Assembly (NCBI GenBank): GCA_963675665.1
Contig: OY776510.1
Location: forward strand, 4,672,001-4,736,000
Length of the DNA: 64,000 nucleotides
Reading direction: 5' to 3'
DNA from: Spirochaetia bacterium
GTDB taxonomy: Bacteria; Spirochaetota; Spirochaetia; UBA9216
The notes beneath the pieces are model-generated. The model was given only the letters and a program-made list of their open reading frames with translations, had not been told where the DNA came from and ran no database searches. Below, in pieces: positions 18,994-27,114 of this stretch; the stretch's first letter is position 1, and every line of letters starts with the position of its first letter. The translations under genes were made by a program, and so were the position numbers.

Positions 18994-20199
18994 ATGAGTA
19001 CTACTCTATCCCGTTTCAGTACGATAAGCGAGGTTGAAATTCAAAGCCTTTTTCAGCCTCTTTATTCTGTACACGAAAAAAAGTATATAGGCGTCGAGGC
19101 CCTATCCAGGGCAATTTATAAAGGCGATTATCTCAACGCCTTACAGCTGTTCTCGCTTCCGAAAAACGAGCGGGACAAACTGGAACTGAATAAAAAATGC
19201 ATACAATCTGCATTACAAAACCTTAAAACGCAAACAGAGCTGGATAATTACACCATATTCCTGAATATCGACTCATCCCTGATGGATAATAAAAATTTCA
19301 GCAATAAAGACTTTCAGATAGCAACTGATACAAACGGTATCAGCCCTCACCGGGTAGTCATTGAACTGATAGAGAGCCGTGTAAAAAACTTTGATGTACT
19401 GCTTGATTTTGTTACCTACTGCCGCAAAAAGGGATTCCTTATCGCGCTCGACGACGTTGGAGCCGGTTATTCCAGTCTTCAGCGAATGGTCAAAATAAAA
19501 CCCGACATTGTAAAAATAGACCGGGAACTTGTTAACGGTATATCGGACGAATTTTATAAACGCGAAGTCTGCCGTTCACTTATAGAACTTGCGCATAATA
19601 TCGGAGCGTTGTCGCTGACGGAAGGCGTTGAAACTATCAATGATGCACTGGTGTGCCAGGAACTTGGAACAGACATCATTCAGGGTTATTACTTTTCCAA
19701 ACCTTTAAAGAAAATTCCCCCCGTAGACAGTTCAGCCGGTAAAATTGCATTGCTTGTTGAAACATGGAGTTTTTCATCACAGGAACGCGACAACCGTCTC
19801 CGCCTGTCTCTGAACAGGGTAAAAAAGCAGGCGGAAATTATTTACTCGGCGCTGAACCGAAGCGGCAATGAAGACTGGAATAAAATTCTGTTAAACAGGG
19901 TTGAGGCAATGCCGGATATTGAATGCGCATATATTATTGACAGTTCCGGAAAGCAGATTTCAATCAGCGCATTAAGTTCCAACCTTGAATATAAAAAACA
20001 TTTTCTGTTTAAACCTGCAGATCTCGGGGCAGATCATTCACAAAAATACTATTATCTTCGAAGAACCGACAAGCAAAAGTGGTTTATTTCGGACCCGTAC
20101 ATATCAAGCGCCACGGGAAATATATGCCGGACCGTCAGTATGATGTTTGACAGTATGGAATCAAAGAGCTGTTACCTTTGCCTTGATATTAATAATTAA
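18994..20199 (+). CDS. EAL-domain c-di-GMP phosphodiesterase with C-terminal YkuI_C/Cache-like domain
   Basis: FQP, VEALSR, FLNI, IELIE, LDDVGAGYSS, VKID, EGVE, QGYYF; C-terminal SDPYISSATG. Confidence 0.9.
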   Translation: MSTTLSRFSTISEVEIQSLFQPLYSVHEKKYIGVEALSRAIYKGDYLNALQLFSLPKNERDKLELNKKCIQSALQNLKTQTELDNYTIFLNIDSSLMDNKNFSNKDFQIATDTNGISPHRVVIELIESRVKNFDVLLDFVTYCRKKGFLIALDDVGAGYSSLQRMVKIKPDIVKIDRELVNGISDEFYKREVCRSLIELAHNIGALSLTEGVETINDALVCQELGTDIIQGYYFSKPLKKIPPVDSSAGKIALLVETWSFSSQERDNRLRLSLNRVKKQAEIIYSALNRSGNEDWNKILLNRVEAMPDIECAYIIDSSGKQISISALSSNLEYKKHFLFKPADLGADHSQKYYYLRRTDKQKWFISDPYISSATGNICRTVSMMFDSMESKSCYLCLDINN

Positions 20200-20241
20200 A
20201 GCTTTGTTGATAATATAAGTTTTTTACTATATATTCACATT

Positions 20242-20844
20242 ATGATCAGGAAGCAAAAATTGAGCAGAAAACTAAAACCTCTGTTTATAATCACAATATT
20301 ATATTTCATTTTGCCCATGATAAATATCTATCTGGCCTTAACCGCTGCAGGATGCATACTCATACCGTTTCTGCTGCTGAAAAGGAGCGGCAGAAATATC
20401 TGGTGCGCTTATGCGTGTCCGCGGGCAAATTCCCTTTCGCGGTTACGTTTTTTAAATATCGGGTTTAAAACTCCTGAATGGCTTAAAGGCAAATCCATGC
20501 GTAACAACATGCTGATTTATTTCGGTATAAATTTTTCATTTATTGCCCTATCCACCATTATGGTTTCAGCAGGCAGAATAAACCCGATCGACAAAATAAG
20601 GCTTTTAATCATCTTCCAACTGCCGTTTTCCCTGCCCCAGCTTTTTCCGCCGGAGACCCCGGCAGCCCCGGTACTGCATCTTGCATACAGGTTCTACTCA
20701 TTTATGCTGACCTCTACCCTGCTTGGAATTATTCTGGCAATATTATTTAAACCAAGAACATGGTGCGCAATCTGTCCGGTAAATTCCATAAGTATAAAAA
20801 TGCTGAACAACCGAAAAGAGGTTTTAAATGAACAGACAGTTTAA
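20242..20844 (+). CDS. Membrane protein with Cx3CP 4Fe-4S-binding motifs (NapH/Fer4_5-like)
   Basis: WCAYACP and RTWCAICP flanking TM helices. Confidence 0.75.
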   Translation: MIRKQKLSRKLKPLFIITILYFILPMINIYLALTAAGCILIPFLLLKRSGRNIWCAYACPRANSLSRLRFLNIGFKTPEWLKGKSMRNNMLIYFGINFSFIALSTIMVSAGRINPIDKIRLLIIFQLPFSLPQLFPPETPAAPVLHLAYRFYSFMLTSTLLGIILAILFKPRTWCAICPVNSISIKMLNNRKEVLNEQTV

Positions 20845-21394
20845 TCCAAAAAAACTGGATAAGCTAAACAATCCTGCCAGGCTTGAAATGATCCCGCCCG
20901 AATATATATGGAAAAAACTGGATCCCGCACGGCATACCAATATGGTGGAAATTGGAGCCGGCACAGGGTTATTCAGCAAAGCTTTTCAAACCCTGTCGGG
21001 CGAAGGGAAAACATTCGCTATTGATGTATCTGAAATAATGGTTGAATGGATGCAGCAGAATGTTGTGCCGGAGAACCCGGATATAATTCCCCTGAAAACC
21101 GACGGGACATCACTCCCTTTTCAGGATGAAACTGTCGACCTTGTTTTCACGATTACGGTTCACCATGAACTTGAAAATCCGACAGGTTTATTGACGGAAG
21201 CAAACAGGATAATGCGGCCCGGCGGTAAAATATTCATTGTCGACTGGAACATGAATGATCCTGATCACGGCCCATCGACAGACATTCGATGCAGCCCGGA
21301 GCAGGTTTCCCGGCAGCTTGAATCCGCGGGCTTTCATAATATTACTATTGACAACGGCCTGGAAAACTTTTTTATTGTTTTTGCGGAAAAATAA
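20828..21394 (+). CDS. Class I SAM-dependent methyltransferase
   Basis: EIGAGTG motif I, VHHE, RPGGK.FIVDW. Confidence 0.88.
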   Translation: MNRQFNPKKLDKLNNPARLEMIPPEYIWKKLDPARHTNMVEIGAGTGLFSKAFQTLSGEGKTFAIDVSEIMVEWMQQNVVPENPDIIPLKTDGTSLPFQDETVDLVFTITVHHELENPTGLLTEANRIMRPGGKIFIVDWNMNDPDHGPSTDIRCSPEQVSRQLESAGFHNITIDNGLENFFIVFAEK

Positions 21395-21424
21395 AAAAGG
21401 AAGTCCGGCTCGAACCGGGCTTCC
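21395..21424 (-). terminator. Terminator of the Mbx-like operon
   Basis: GGAAGTCCGG-loop-CCGGGCTTCC with A-run on the left (U-tail on minus strand). Confidence 0.7.
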
Positions 21425-21455
21425 ATGCTGATACTCAGTTTAATATAAAGATCCG

Positions 21456-21902
21456 TCAGCTGATTTTCTCAAGCATCCTGCTTATTCTGGTAACATGCCC
21501 GCTTTCCTGTTTAAAAAGCATAACGAACAAATCGACTACATCGGCAGATAGATTGGTCATTGTAGATACCTGCCTGTAAAAATCCCTGGTGTGTTCCTCC
21601 CGTTCAAGAGCAATACCGAGGATCTGACGTTCATCAGCTCCGGGGGGAATCTCCCTGTTCCGGATGAGGCGGTCGAGACTGTCACGGTTAAATCCTGAGG
21701 CCTCACCGTCCTGAGCGGCGTCAAGAATACCGGAAAGCCTTGCTTCGTGCTTTACTTCTTCGGCTTCAAGCTCGGATAGAAGAGGTTTGACGCTTTCATC
21801 GGCAACCAGACCCGAAGCGTTTCTGTAAAATAACATGCTTTCATGCTCTATCTTAATCGAATGCTTTAAAATGTCAGATATTTTCATTTCACCTGAGCTC
21901 AT
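21456..21902 (-). CDS. Ferritin-like (rubrerythrin-family) diiron protein
   Basis: IEHES..FY, EEVKH, ERE...FY, QESGH; abuts the oxidoreductase gene. Confidence 0.85.
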   Translation of the reverse strand: MSSGEMKISDILKHSIKIEHESMLFYRNASGLVADESVKPLLSELEAEEVKHEARLSGILDAAQDGEASGFNRDSLDRLIRNREIPPGADERQILGIALEREEHTRDFYRQVSTMTNLSADVVDLFVMLFKQESGHVTRISRMLEKIS

Positions 21903-23756
21903 TTAGTCCTCCTGTGAATTCTGCCCGCCAAGATAGCGGTCGATACCAATTGCCGCAAGATGGCCGGTGGATATACCGGTAATTACATCCGGTCCTTTGA
22001 CTATGTCTCCGCCGACAAAAAGCCAGGGTTCGTTTTTAACCTGGAAATCGCCGTCGGTTACAACCTGCCGTCTCGGACTGAATTCAATACTGTCCTTCAG
22101 GCTTTCCGGAATATAGGACAGGTCGGCCGCCTGCCCGATAGATTCAACTATCATATCGGCTTCGTAGAACTTCCTGTCGTCAAGATCAAATTTCGGGCTG
22201 AAACGGCCGTCCTCATCAAAGATTGCCGTGCATTTGGCAACCTCAAGCCCCCTGATGTTTTCATTATCGGCAATTTCAATCCTCTGCGGCCCGTAGGCGG
22301 GGGTAATCACTGCGCCCTCCTCTCTTGCCTCGATTACCTCTTCATCATCGGCAAGCATGGCGTCCGCCGGTTCAAGACAAGTGGCCGTTACATCCACCCG
22401 TCCGTATTTCTGCCGCTGGATTCTGGCAAGCGAGCGGGTGATGTCCATCGCAACATTTCCGCCGCCGATAACAACTATCTTCTCAGGAACATATATTTCC
22501 TCTCCAAGCGTTATTTTACGCAGCAGATCAATAGACTGAAACACCTTAGAGTGATCGGCGTTCTCCAGCATAGTCGAACGGCCCAGATGCAGCCCGGTTC
22601 CGGCGAACACGGCGTCAAATTTATTCTTCAGATCCTCTAGAGAAATCTCCTTTCCGACCATCATGTTTGTTTCAAGAGTCACACCGAGAGACAGGATATA
22701 GTTTACATCCTTGTCAATCTGGTCATAAGGAAGCCTGTACTCAGGTATTCCGTAGCGCATCATTCCGCCGGCTTCAGGCAGGGCTTCATAGATGGTCACA
22801 TCATAACCCATCCTTGCCAGGTAATGAGCGGCCGACAGGCCCGATGGCCCGGCGCCGATTACCGCAACGGATTTTCCGTTCTTTTCTATGTTTTCAGTTC
22901 CGAGAATTCCCTTGTATTTATCAGCAGGAACATTATCTGCAATATAGCGCTTCAGCCACCGGATGGACAGGGGTTCGCCCTTGTTGCCTATTGAGCAGAC
23001 GGTTTCGCATTTATGGGTACATATACGTCCGCAGACCTCGGGAAGGGGGTTTGTTTCGTAGAGGATTCTAAGGCCCTCTTCCATATCATCTTCACGAACA
23101 GCCTTGATATAAGCGGGAATTCCCATGTGGGCAGGACACGCGGCAGTACATATTCCGCATTCAACACAGCGGTCGGCTTCCTTCTGCGCCTGCTCTTTCG
23201 AGTATCCTTTGATCATCTCTATAAAAGAATCAGAGCGCTTATCTGCCGGAAGATGCTCCATCGACACACGTACAGGAGATGTCAGATCATAATTATCCGG
23301 CTTCCGGTAGCCGGACTCCGATGAGTCCCAGTACTTGTTTTCTCCGCCGATTACAAAACAGTAGTCGTCAGGGCTTCCGAGCCTGTCCCGGTCGACAGCC
23401 TCATCCGCATTTTCGCCTTCTACCGACCAGCGAAACCGGTTGGACATGCCGAGCGAGTTTGTTGTGCAGATATCGACGCAGAGCGCGCACCAGCAGCATC
23501 TTCCATAATCAATCCGGGGCCGCAGACCGGAATCGCCGGGTTTGGCTTCATAGCCTTCAACCGGAACCAGGTCTATCGCGGCATTCTGGCAGATTTCCTC
23601 ACAGGTCCCGCAGCCTATGCATTTGTCCAGATCATTTATATGGAACCCGCGGTACCGCGACGAACCCTGCCGTTCATGGGGATTCTTTATCGTTACAGGT
23701 TCCTTTAAAATATTCTTCCATACTGAAAAAGGATACAATACATCTTTCCAACTCAT
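21903..23756 (-). CDS. NuoI/MbxN-like 2x[4Fe-4S] domain fused to GltD-like FAD/NAD(P)H oxidoreductase
   Basis: YRGFH..CIGCGTCEEIC, CCWCALCVDIC; then EADRCVEC..C..ACP, CGRIC, GAGPSG, GIPEYRL, GGGNVAMD, GGD. Confidence 0.9.
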   Translation of the reverse strand: MSWKDVLYPFSVWKNILKEPVTIKNPHERQGSSRYRGFHINDLDKCIGCGTCEEICQNAAIDLVPVEGYEAKPGDSGLRPRIDYGRCCWCALCVDICTTNSLGMSNRFRWSVEGENADEAVDRDRLGSPDDYCFVIGGENKYWDSSESGYRKPDNYDLTSPVRVSMEHLPADKRSDSFIEMIKGYSKEQAQKEADRCVECGICTAACPAHMGIPAYIKAVREDDMEEGLRILYETNPLPEVCGRICTHKCETVCSIGNKGEPLSIRWLKRYIADNVPADKYKGILGTENIEKNGKSVAVIGAGPSGLSAAHYLARMGYDVTIYEALPEAGGMMRYGIPEYRLPYDQIDKDVNYILSLGVTLETNMMVGKEISLEDLKNKFDAVFAGTGLHLGRSTMLENADHSKVFQSIDLLRKITLGEEIYVPEKIVVIGGGNVAMDITRSLARIQRQKYGRVDVTATCLEPADAMLADDEEVIEAREEGAVITPAYGPQRIEIADNENIRGLEVAKCTAIFDEDGRFSPKFDLDDRKFYEADMIVESIGQAADLSYIPESLKDSIEFSPRRQVVTDGDFQVKNEPWLFVGGDIVKGPDVITGISTGHLAAIGIDRYLGGQNSQED

Positions 23757-23759
23757 CTT

Positions 23760-24941
23760 CTACCTCTCGACCTCCGGCGGATATGTATGCAGAGAAACCA
23801 GCGTTCCCGCGACATCGGCGATATTGCAGTTTACAAGCATTTTTTCCGCAAGAGTTACTGCATGGGTATAGGAAGGCCCCCGTACATTCACGCGTCTCGG
23901 ATACCCGGACCCGTCGGTCACAATATAGTAGCCGTACTCTCCACGGGTGCATTCAGCGTTCACATAGGTTTCCCCGGCCGGGATCTTCCAGTGCAGCATA
24001 CTCGGCAACTCCGCCTTGAAAACCCCTGTATCCGGGGTTGCCTCAAGAATCTGTTTAATCAAATCGATCGTCATCAGCGCATCGCGCCAGCGAAGTCTTG
24101 CCCGGGCGTAGACATCCGAATCCGTTTCGGTAACGGGCTCGAAATCAAGTTCGGGATACTTCAGGTACGGATAATCCTTCCGCACGTCCTTCGGAATTCC
24201 GGCGCCCCTTGCATTCGGACCGGTAATGCCGTATTCGTCAACCCATTCGGGGTCAATATAACCAAGCCCCTTTGCCCGCTTTTTGAAAACCGCGTTATTA
24301 AACACTACCCTCTCGTAATCGTAAAGCAGCGGCGTTATATCGGCCAGGGTTTCAAGCATTCTCTTTTTAAAGCCTTCGGGAAGGTTTCCGCGGACGCCGC
24401 CCGGCAGTATGTAGATATGGTATATCCGCGCGCCCGACAGTTCCTCAAACATGTCAAGAACCCGGTCCCTGCTGTAAAGCATCCACTGGCTTGGAATGCC
24501 CATGCCGAACGCCCCGACCTGGCCGCTGAGCCACATCAGGTACGACTGAAGCCGCGCCATTTCAAGGATCAGGGTTCTTATCCAGAGCGCGTTCCCGGGC
24601 ACCTCGACTCCGGCAAGCTCTTCAAGGGCCGCGGCGTAACAGTACTCGTTAAAATCCGGCTCGGGAACGCATATGCGGCAGACAAGCGGAAAATTGTTTA
24701 TAAACCGCCTTCGCTCCATGAGTTTTTCAAATCCCCTGTGCAGGTAGCCGACATGAGTCTTTGACTCCATAACCTCATCGCCCAGCAGGGTCAGCTCAAG
24801 CGACATGTTCCCGGTAATGCCCGGGTGGTTCGGCCCCTGCCAGACCTTCGTAAATTTTCCGCTTGAAAGATCGATATCAATTGTGCCGTCGCTTTTTTTA
24901 TCAGGAAAAAGCTCCCTGTTTTTCACACCGTAATCAAGCAT
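23760..24941 (-). CDS. NuoD/MbxL-like large subunit of membrane-bound oxidoreductase
   Basis: GPNHPG, GYLHRGFEKL, CRICVPE, GITGPNARG, RGEYG; C-terminus SLHTYPPEVER; start placed at MLDYG. Confidence 0.9.
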   Translation of the reverse strand: MLDYGVKNRELFPDKKSDGTIDIDLSSGKFTKVWQGPNHPGITGNMSLELTLLGDEVMESKTHVGYLHRGFEKLMERRRFINNFPLVCRICVPEPDFNEYCYAAALEELAGVEVPGNALWIRTLILEMARLQSYLMWLSGQVGAFGMGIPSQWMLYSRDRVLDMFEELSGARIYHIYILPGGVRGNLPEGFKKRMLETLADITPLLYDYERVVFNNAVFKKRAKGLGYIDPEWVDEYGITGPNARGAGIPKDVRKDYPYLKYPELDFEPVTETDSDVYARARLRWRDALMTIDLIKQILEATPDTGVFKAELPSMLHWKIPAGETYVNAECTRGEYGYYIVTDGSGYPRRVNVRGPSYTHAVTLAEKMLVNCNIADVAGTLVSLHTYPPEVER

Positions 24942-25497
24942 TATTCTCTCCTGAAGATTTTTCTCCCTCATTTGGATAGAGCTTTTCTTTCATATATTCC
25001 GCAGGATCATTCGTGCTCCGTCCCTCACGCGGGAAATAAGTGTCTTCCGAATATTTCTTCGTATCAAAATCCCTGCGGTACGGAGGAATATCATCCCAGT
25101 ATTCGAGAATAAGCGGATCATTGACCTCGGGGCTTTCCGGGAAATCGATACCGAACATTTCATGAAGCTCACGCTGGTAGGTCTTTGCCGCAGGCCAGAG
25201 GTGGTGGGCCGATTCCATTTCGGATTCTTCTGGCCAAACCGAACGCTCAATGAAAGTCCTTACGCCGAGCCTGGTCTTCGATTTAGGGTTATTAAGCAGG
25301 TATGTCAGCTGAAATTTACCGTCCTCAATCCAGTCTACAGCTGTTATCAGTACAAGATGTGTAAAGCCCTCAGCCGTTTTAAGGTGCGCAAGCAACCCGA
25401 CTGCGTCATTCTTTTCACAGGTTATATACCAGCCGTGCGCTGAATCGACATCCGACAGGGAGAACTTGTTTTTGATATTTTCAATTATCTTTTCCAT
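24934..25497 (-). CDS. NuoC/MbxK-like subunit
   Basis: ITAVDW, QRELHEMFGIDF, PPYRRDF. Confidence 0.9.
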   Translation of the reverse strand: MEKIIENIKNKFSLSDVDSAHGWYITCEKNDAVGLLAHLKTAEGFTHLVLITAVDWIEDGKFQLTYLLNNPKSKTRLGVRTFIERSVWPEESEMESAHHLWPAAKTYQRELHEMFGIDFPESPEVNDPLILEYWDDIPPYRRDFDTKKYSEDTYFPREGRSTNDPAEYMKEKLYPNEGEKSSGENNA

Positions 25498-25505
25498 TAT
25501 TCCCC

Positions 25506-26171
25506 CTACCAGTTGTAATCAGGCATATCCCAGTTTTTAATTATCTTTTTCTGGTTGGCCTTATACCATTCGAAATTTTCCGCATACTTGTTGGCGCCTT
25601 CGCCCCTTCCCGCTTTAATTCGCTTCTTTAAAGTTTCAAAAGCATCCAGTAGGGCTTCGGGACGCGGCATACACCCTGTTATATAAACATCTACAGGAAT
25701 ATAATGATCCAGCCGGTTGATTGTGTTGTAACTGTCCCAGTACATACCGCCGTTAATAGTACAGCTGCATAAACCGACCACCCATTTGGGGCCCTGCATC
25801 TGCTCATAACTGCGGACTATTCTTTTAATCGTCTTAACCGACGCATATCCGCCTATAACAAATACCGTAGACTGCCTGGGCGTAGGACGCCAGTGAATAC
25901 CGTAACGGAAGGCATCGTACATCGGGCTCATAAGGGGCCGCATTTCAATCGCGCCGCAGCCGGTACCGAAACCAAGAATATATATAGACTCGGCCCTGCA
26001 CCAGTTGGCGAATTTTTCCAGAGGCGCGATCCCCGACGGTTTATGAACTTTAGGCTTTTCGTCGGCAAAATAATCCTGCATCGGGTCAACTTCAAACTGC
26101 TCGCCGTCAGGGCTGATTACCGTTCTTTTCTCAAGATCAGCCAGTCTTTTTGTGTAGTTCATCTTTGCCAT
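25506..26171 (-). CDS. NuoB/MbxJ-like small Fe-S subunit
   Basis: TGCGAIE, PRQS, YEQM..PKWV, SCTINGG, PVDVYITGCMPRPE. Confidence 0.92.
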   Translation of the reverse strand: MAKMNYTKRLADLEKRTVISPDGEQFEVDPMQDYFADEKPKVHKPSGIAPLEKFANWCRAESIYILGFGTGCGAIEMRPLMSPMYDAFRYGIHWRPTPRQSTVFVIGGYASVKTIKRIVRSYEQMQGPKWVVGLCSCTINGGMYWDSYNTINRLDHYIPVDVYITGCMPRPEALLDAFETLKKRIKAGRGEGANKYAENFEWYKANQKKIIKNWDMPDYNW

Positions 26172-26172
26172 A

Positions 26173-27114
26173 TCAGTACCTTATATTTACTAAAATAATT
26201 GAGATAATTCCGATAATCATCGGATACTTAATAAACCACCTGATACTGTGATCAACCCGAAACCTTGGAAACGACAGCCCTACAAATACGGACCACATGT
26301 AAACAAAAAAGGTTTTAAGAAAGAAAATCACAAAGGTCAGCAGCCATGTTTCCTGAAGCACAACGCCGCCGAAGAAGAAGTTTACATAAAGAATTGTCTT
26401 GGCAACGGGAAATATTGTCCTGTTGGTCATAAGCATCGCCAGAAAGTGCGACTGCATCTCGGTAGGCGGCCCGATTGGTATTTCCTGGGGCGCAATTACG
26501 ATATCGAAAGGCGAGCGCATCATTGAACCCAGAAATGCCAGCATGGCGGCAGCGGTTGCCACGGGGTTGGTAAACAGCGTCCAGTTAAGAAACGATCCCT
26601 GCTGCGCCGCAACTATTTCGGTAATATTCAGCGTCCCGTACTGGACTGCAATTGAGTATACCGCCATAATCATCGGAATTTCGGCCGCCGTAACCTGGGC
26701 AAGCCCGCGGCTGACCGCTATCATCGAATACGGATGTCCCGATTCCGCCCCGCCGAGCGCCATTCCGAGCGTTCCGAGAAACATGAAATACGAAATAAGA
26801 ACCAAGTCACCGGAAAATGAAAACGACTGAAAAAAAGGCGCACCGTAGATAATCGGCAGAAATATCAGAATACCCGAACCGCCGACAAACCTGAACACGG
26901 GCCCGATATAGAACATCACCCCGTGAGAAACAGACGACCGCGTCGCCCATTGCCGGATAATATTTATATAAGGCTGAAATATCCTGATGCCCCTTCTTTT
27001 TCCTACACGTGCATATATCTTTCCGATTATTCCCTGAAGAACCAGACCGTAATTTATCGTAAGGAAGATGGTAACCAGTGCGTAGAGGATTTTCATATAA
27101 TCAAAATTGCCCAT
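26173..27114 (-). CDS. NuoH/MbxM-like membrane subunit
   Basis: KIYARV..R.G...FQPY, RSPFD...A..E...GP.TE, PRFR. Confidence 0.9.
   Translation of the reverse strand: MGNFDYMKILYALVTIFLTINYGLVLQGIIGKIYARVGKRRGIRIFQPYINIIRQWATRSSVSHGVMFYIGPVFRFVGGSGILIFLPIIYGAPFFQSFSFSGDLVLISYFMFLGTLGMALGGAESGHPYSMIAVSRGLAQVTAAEIPMIMAVYSIAVQYGTLNITEIVAAQQGSFLNWTLFTNPVATAAAMLAFLGSMMRSPFDIVIAPQEIPIGPPTEMQSHFLAMLMTNRTIFPVAKTILYVNFFFGGVVLQETWLLTFVIFFLKTFFVYMWSVFVGLSFPRFRVDHSIRWFIKYPMIIGIISIILVNIRY

Noticed and set aside
21903-23756. Glutamate synthase small subunit gltD
   Set aside because: No gltB nearby; the domain is fused to a NuoI-like ferredoxin inside the respiratory operon
21960-24764. Long plus-strand ORFs (226, 246, 325 aa) and other antisense ORFs in the track
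   Set aside because: They are shadows of well-supported opposite-strand genes with no recognisable motifs
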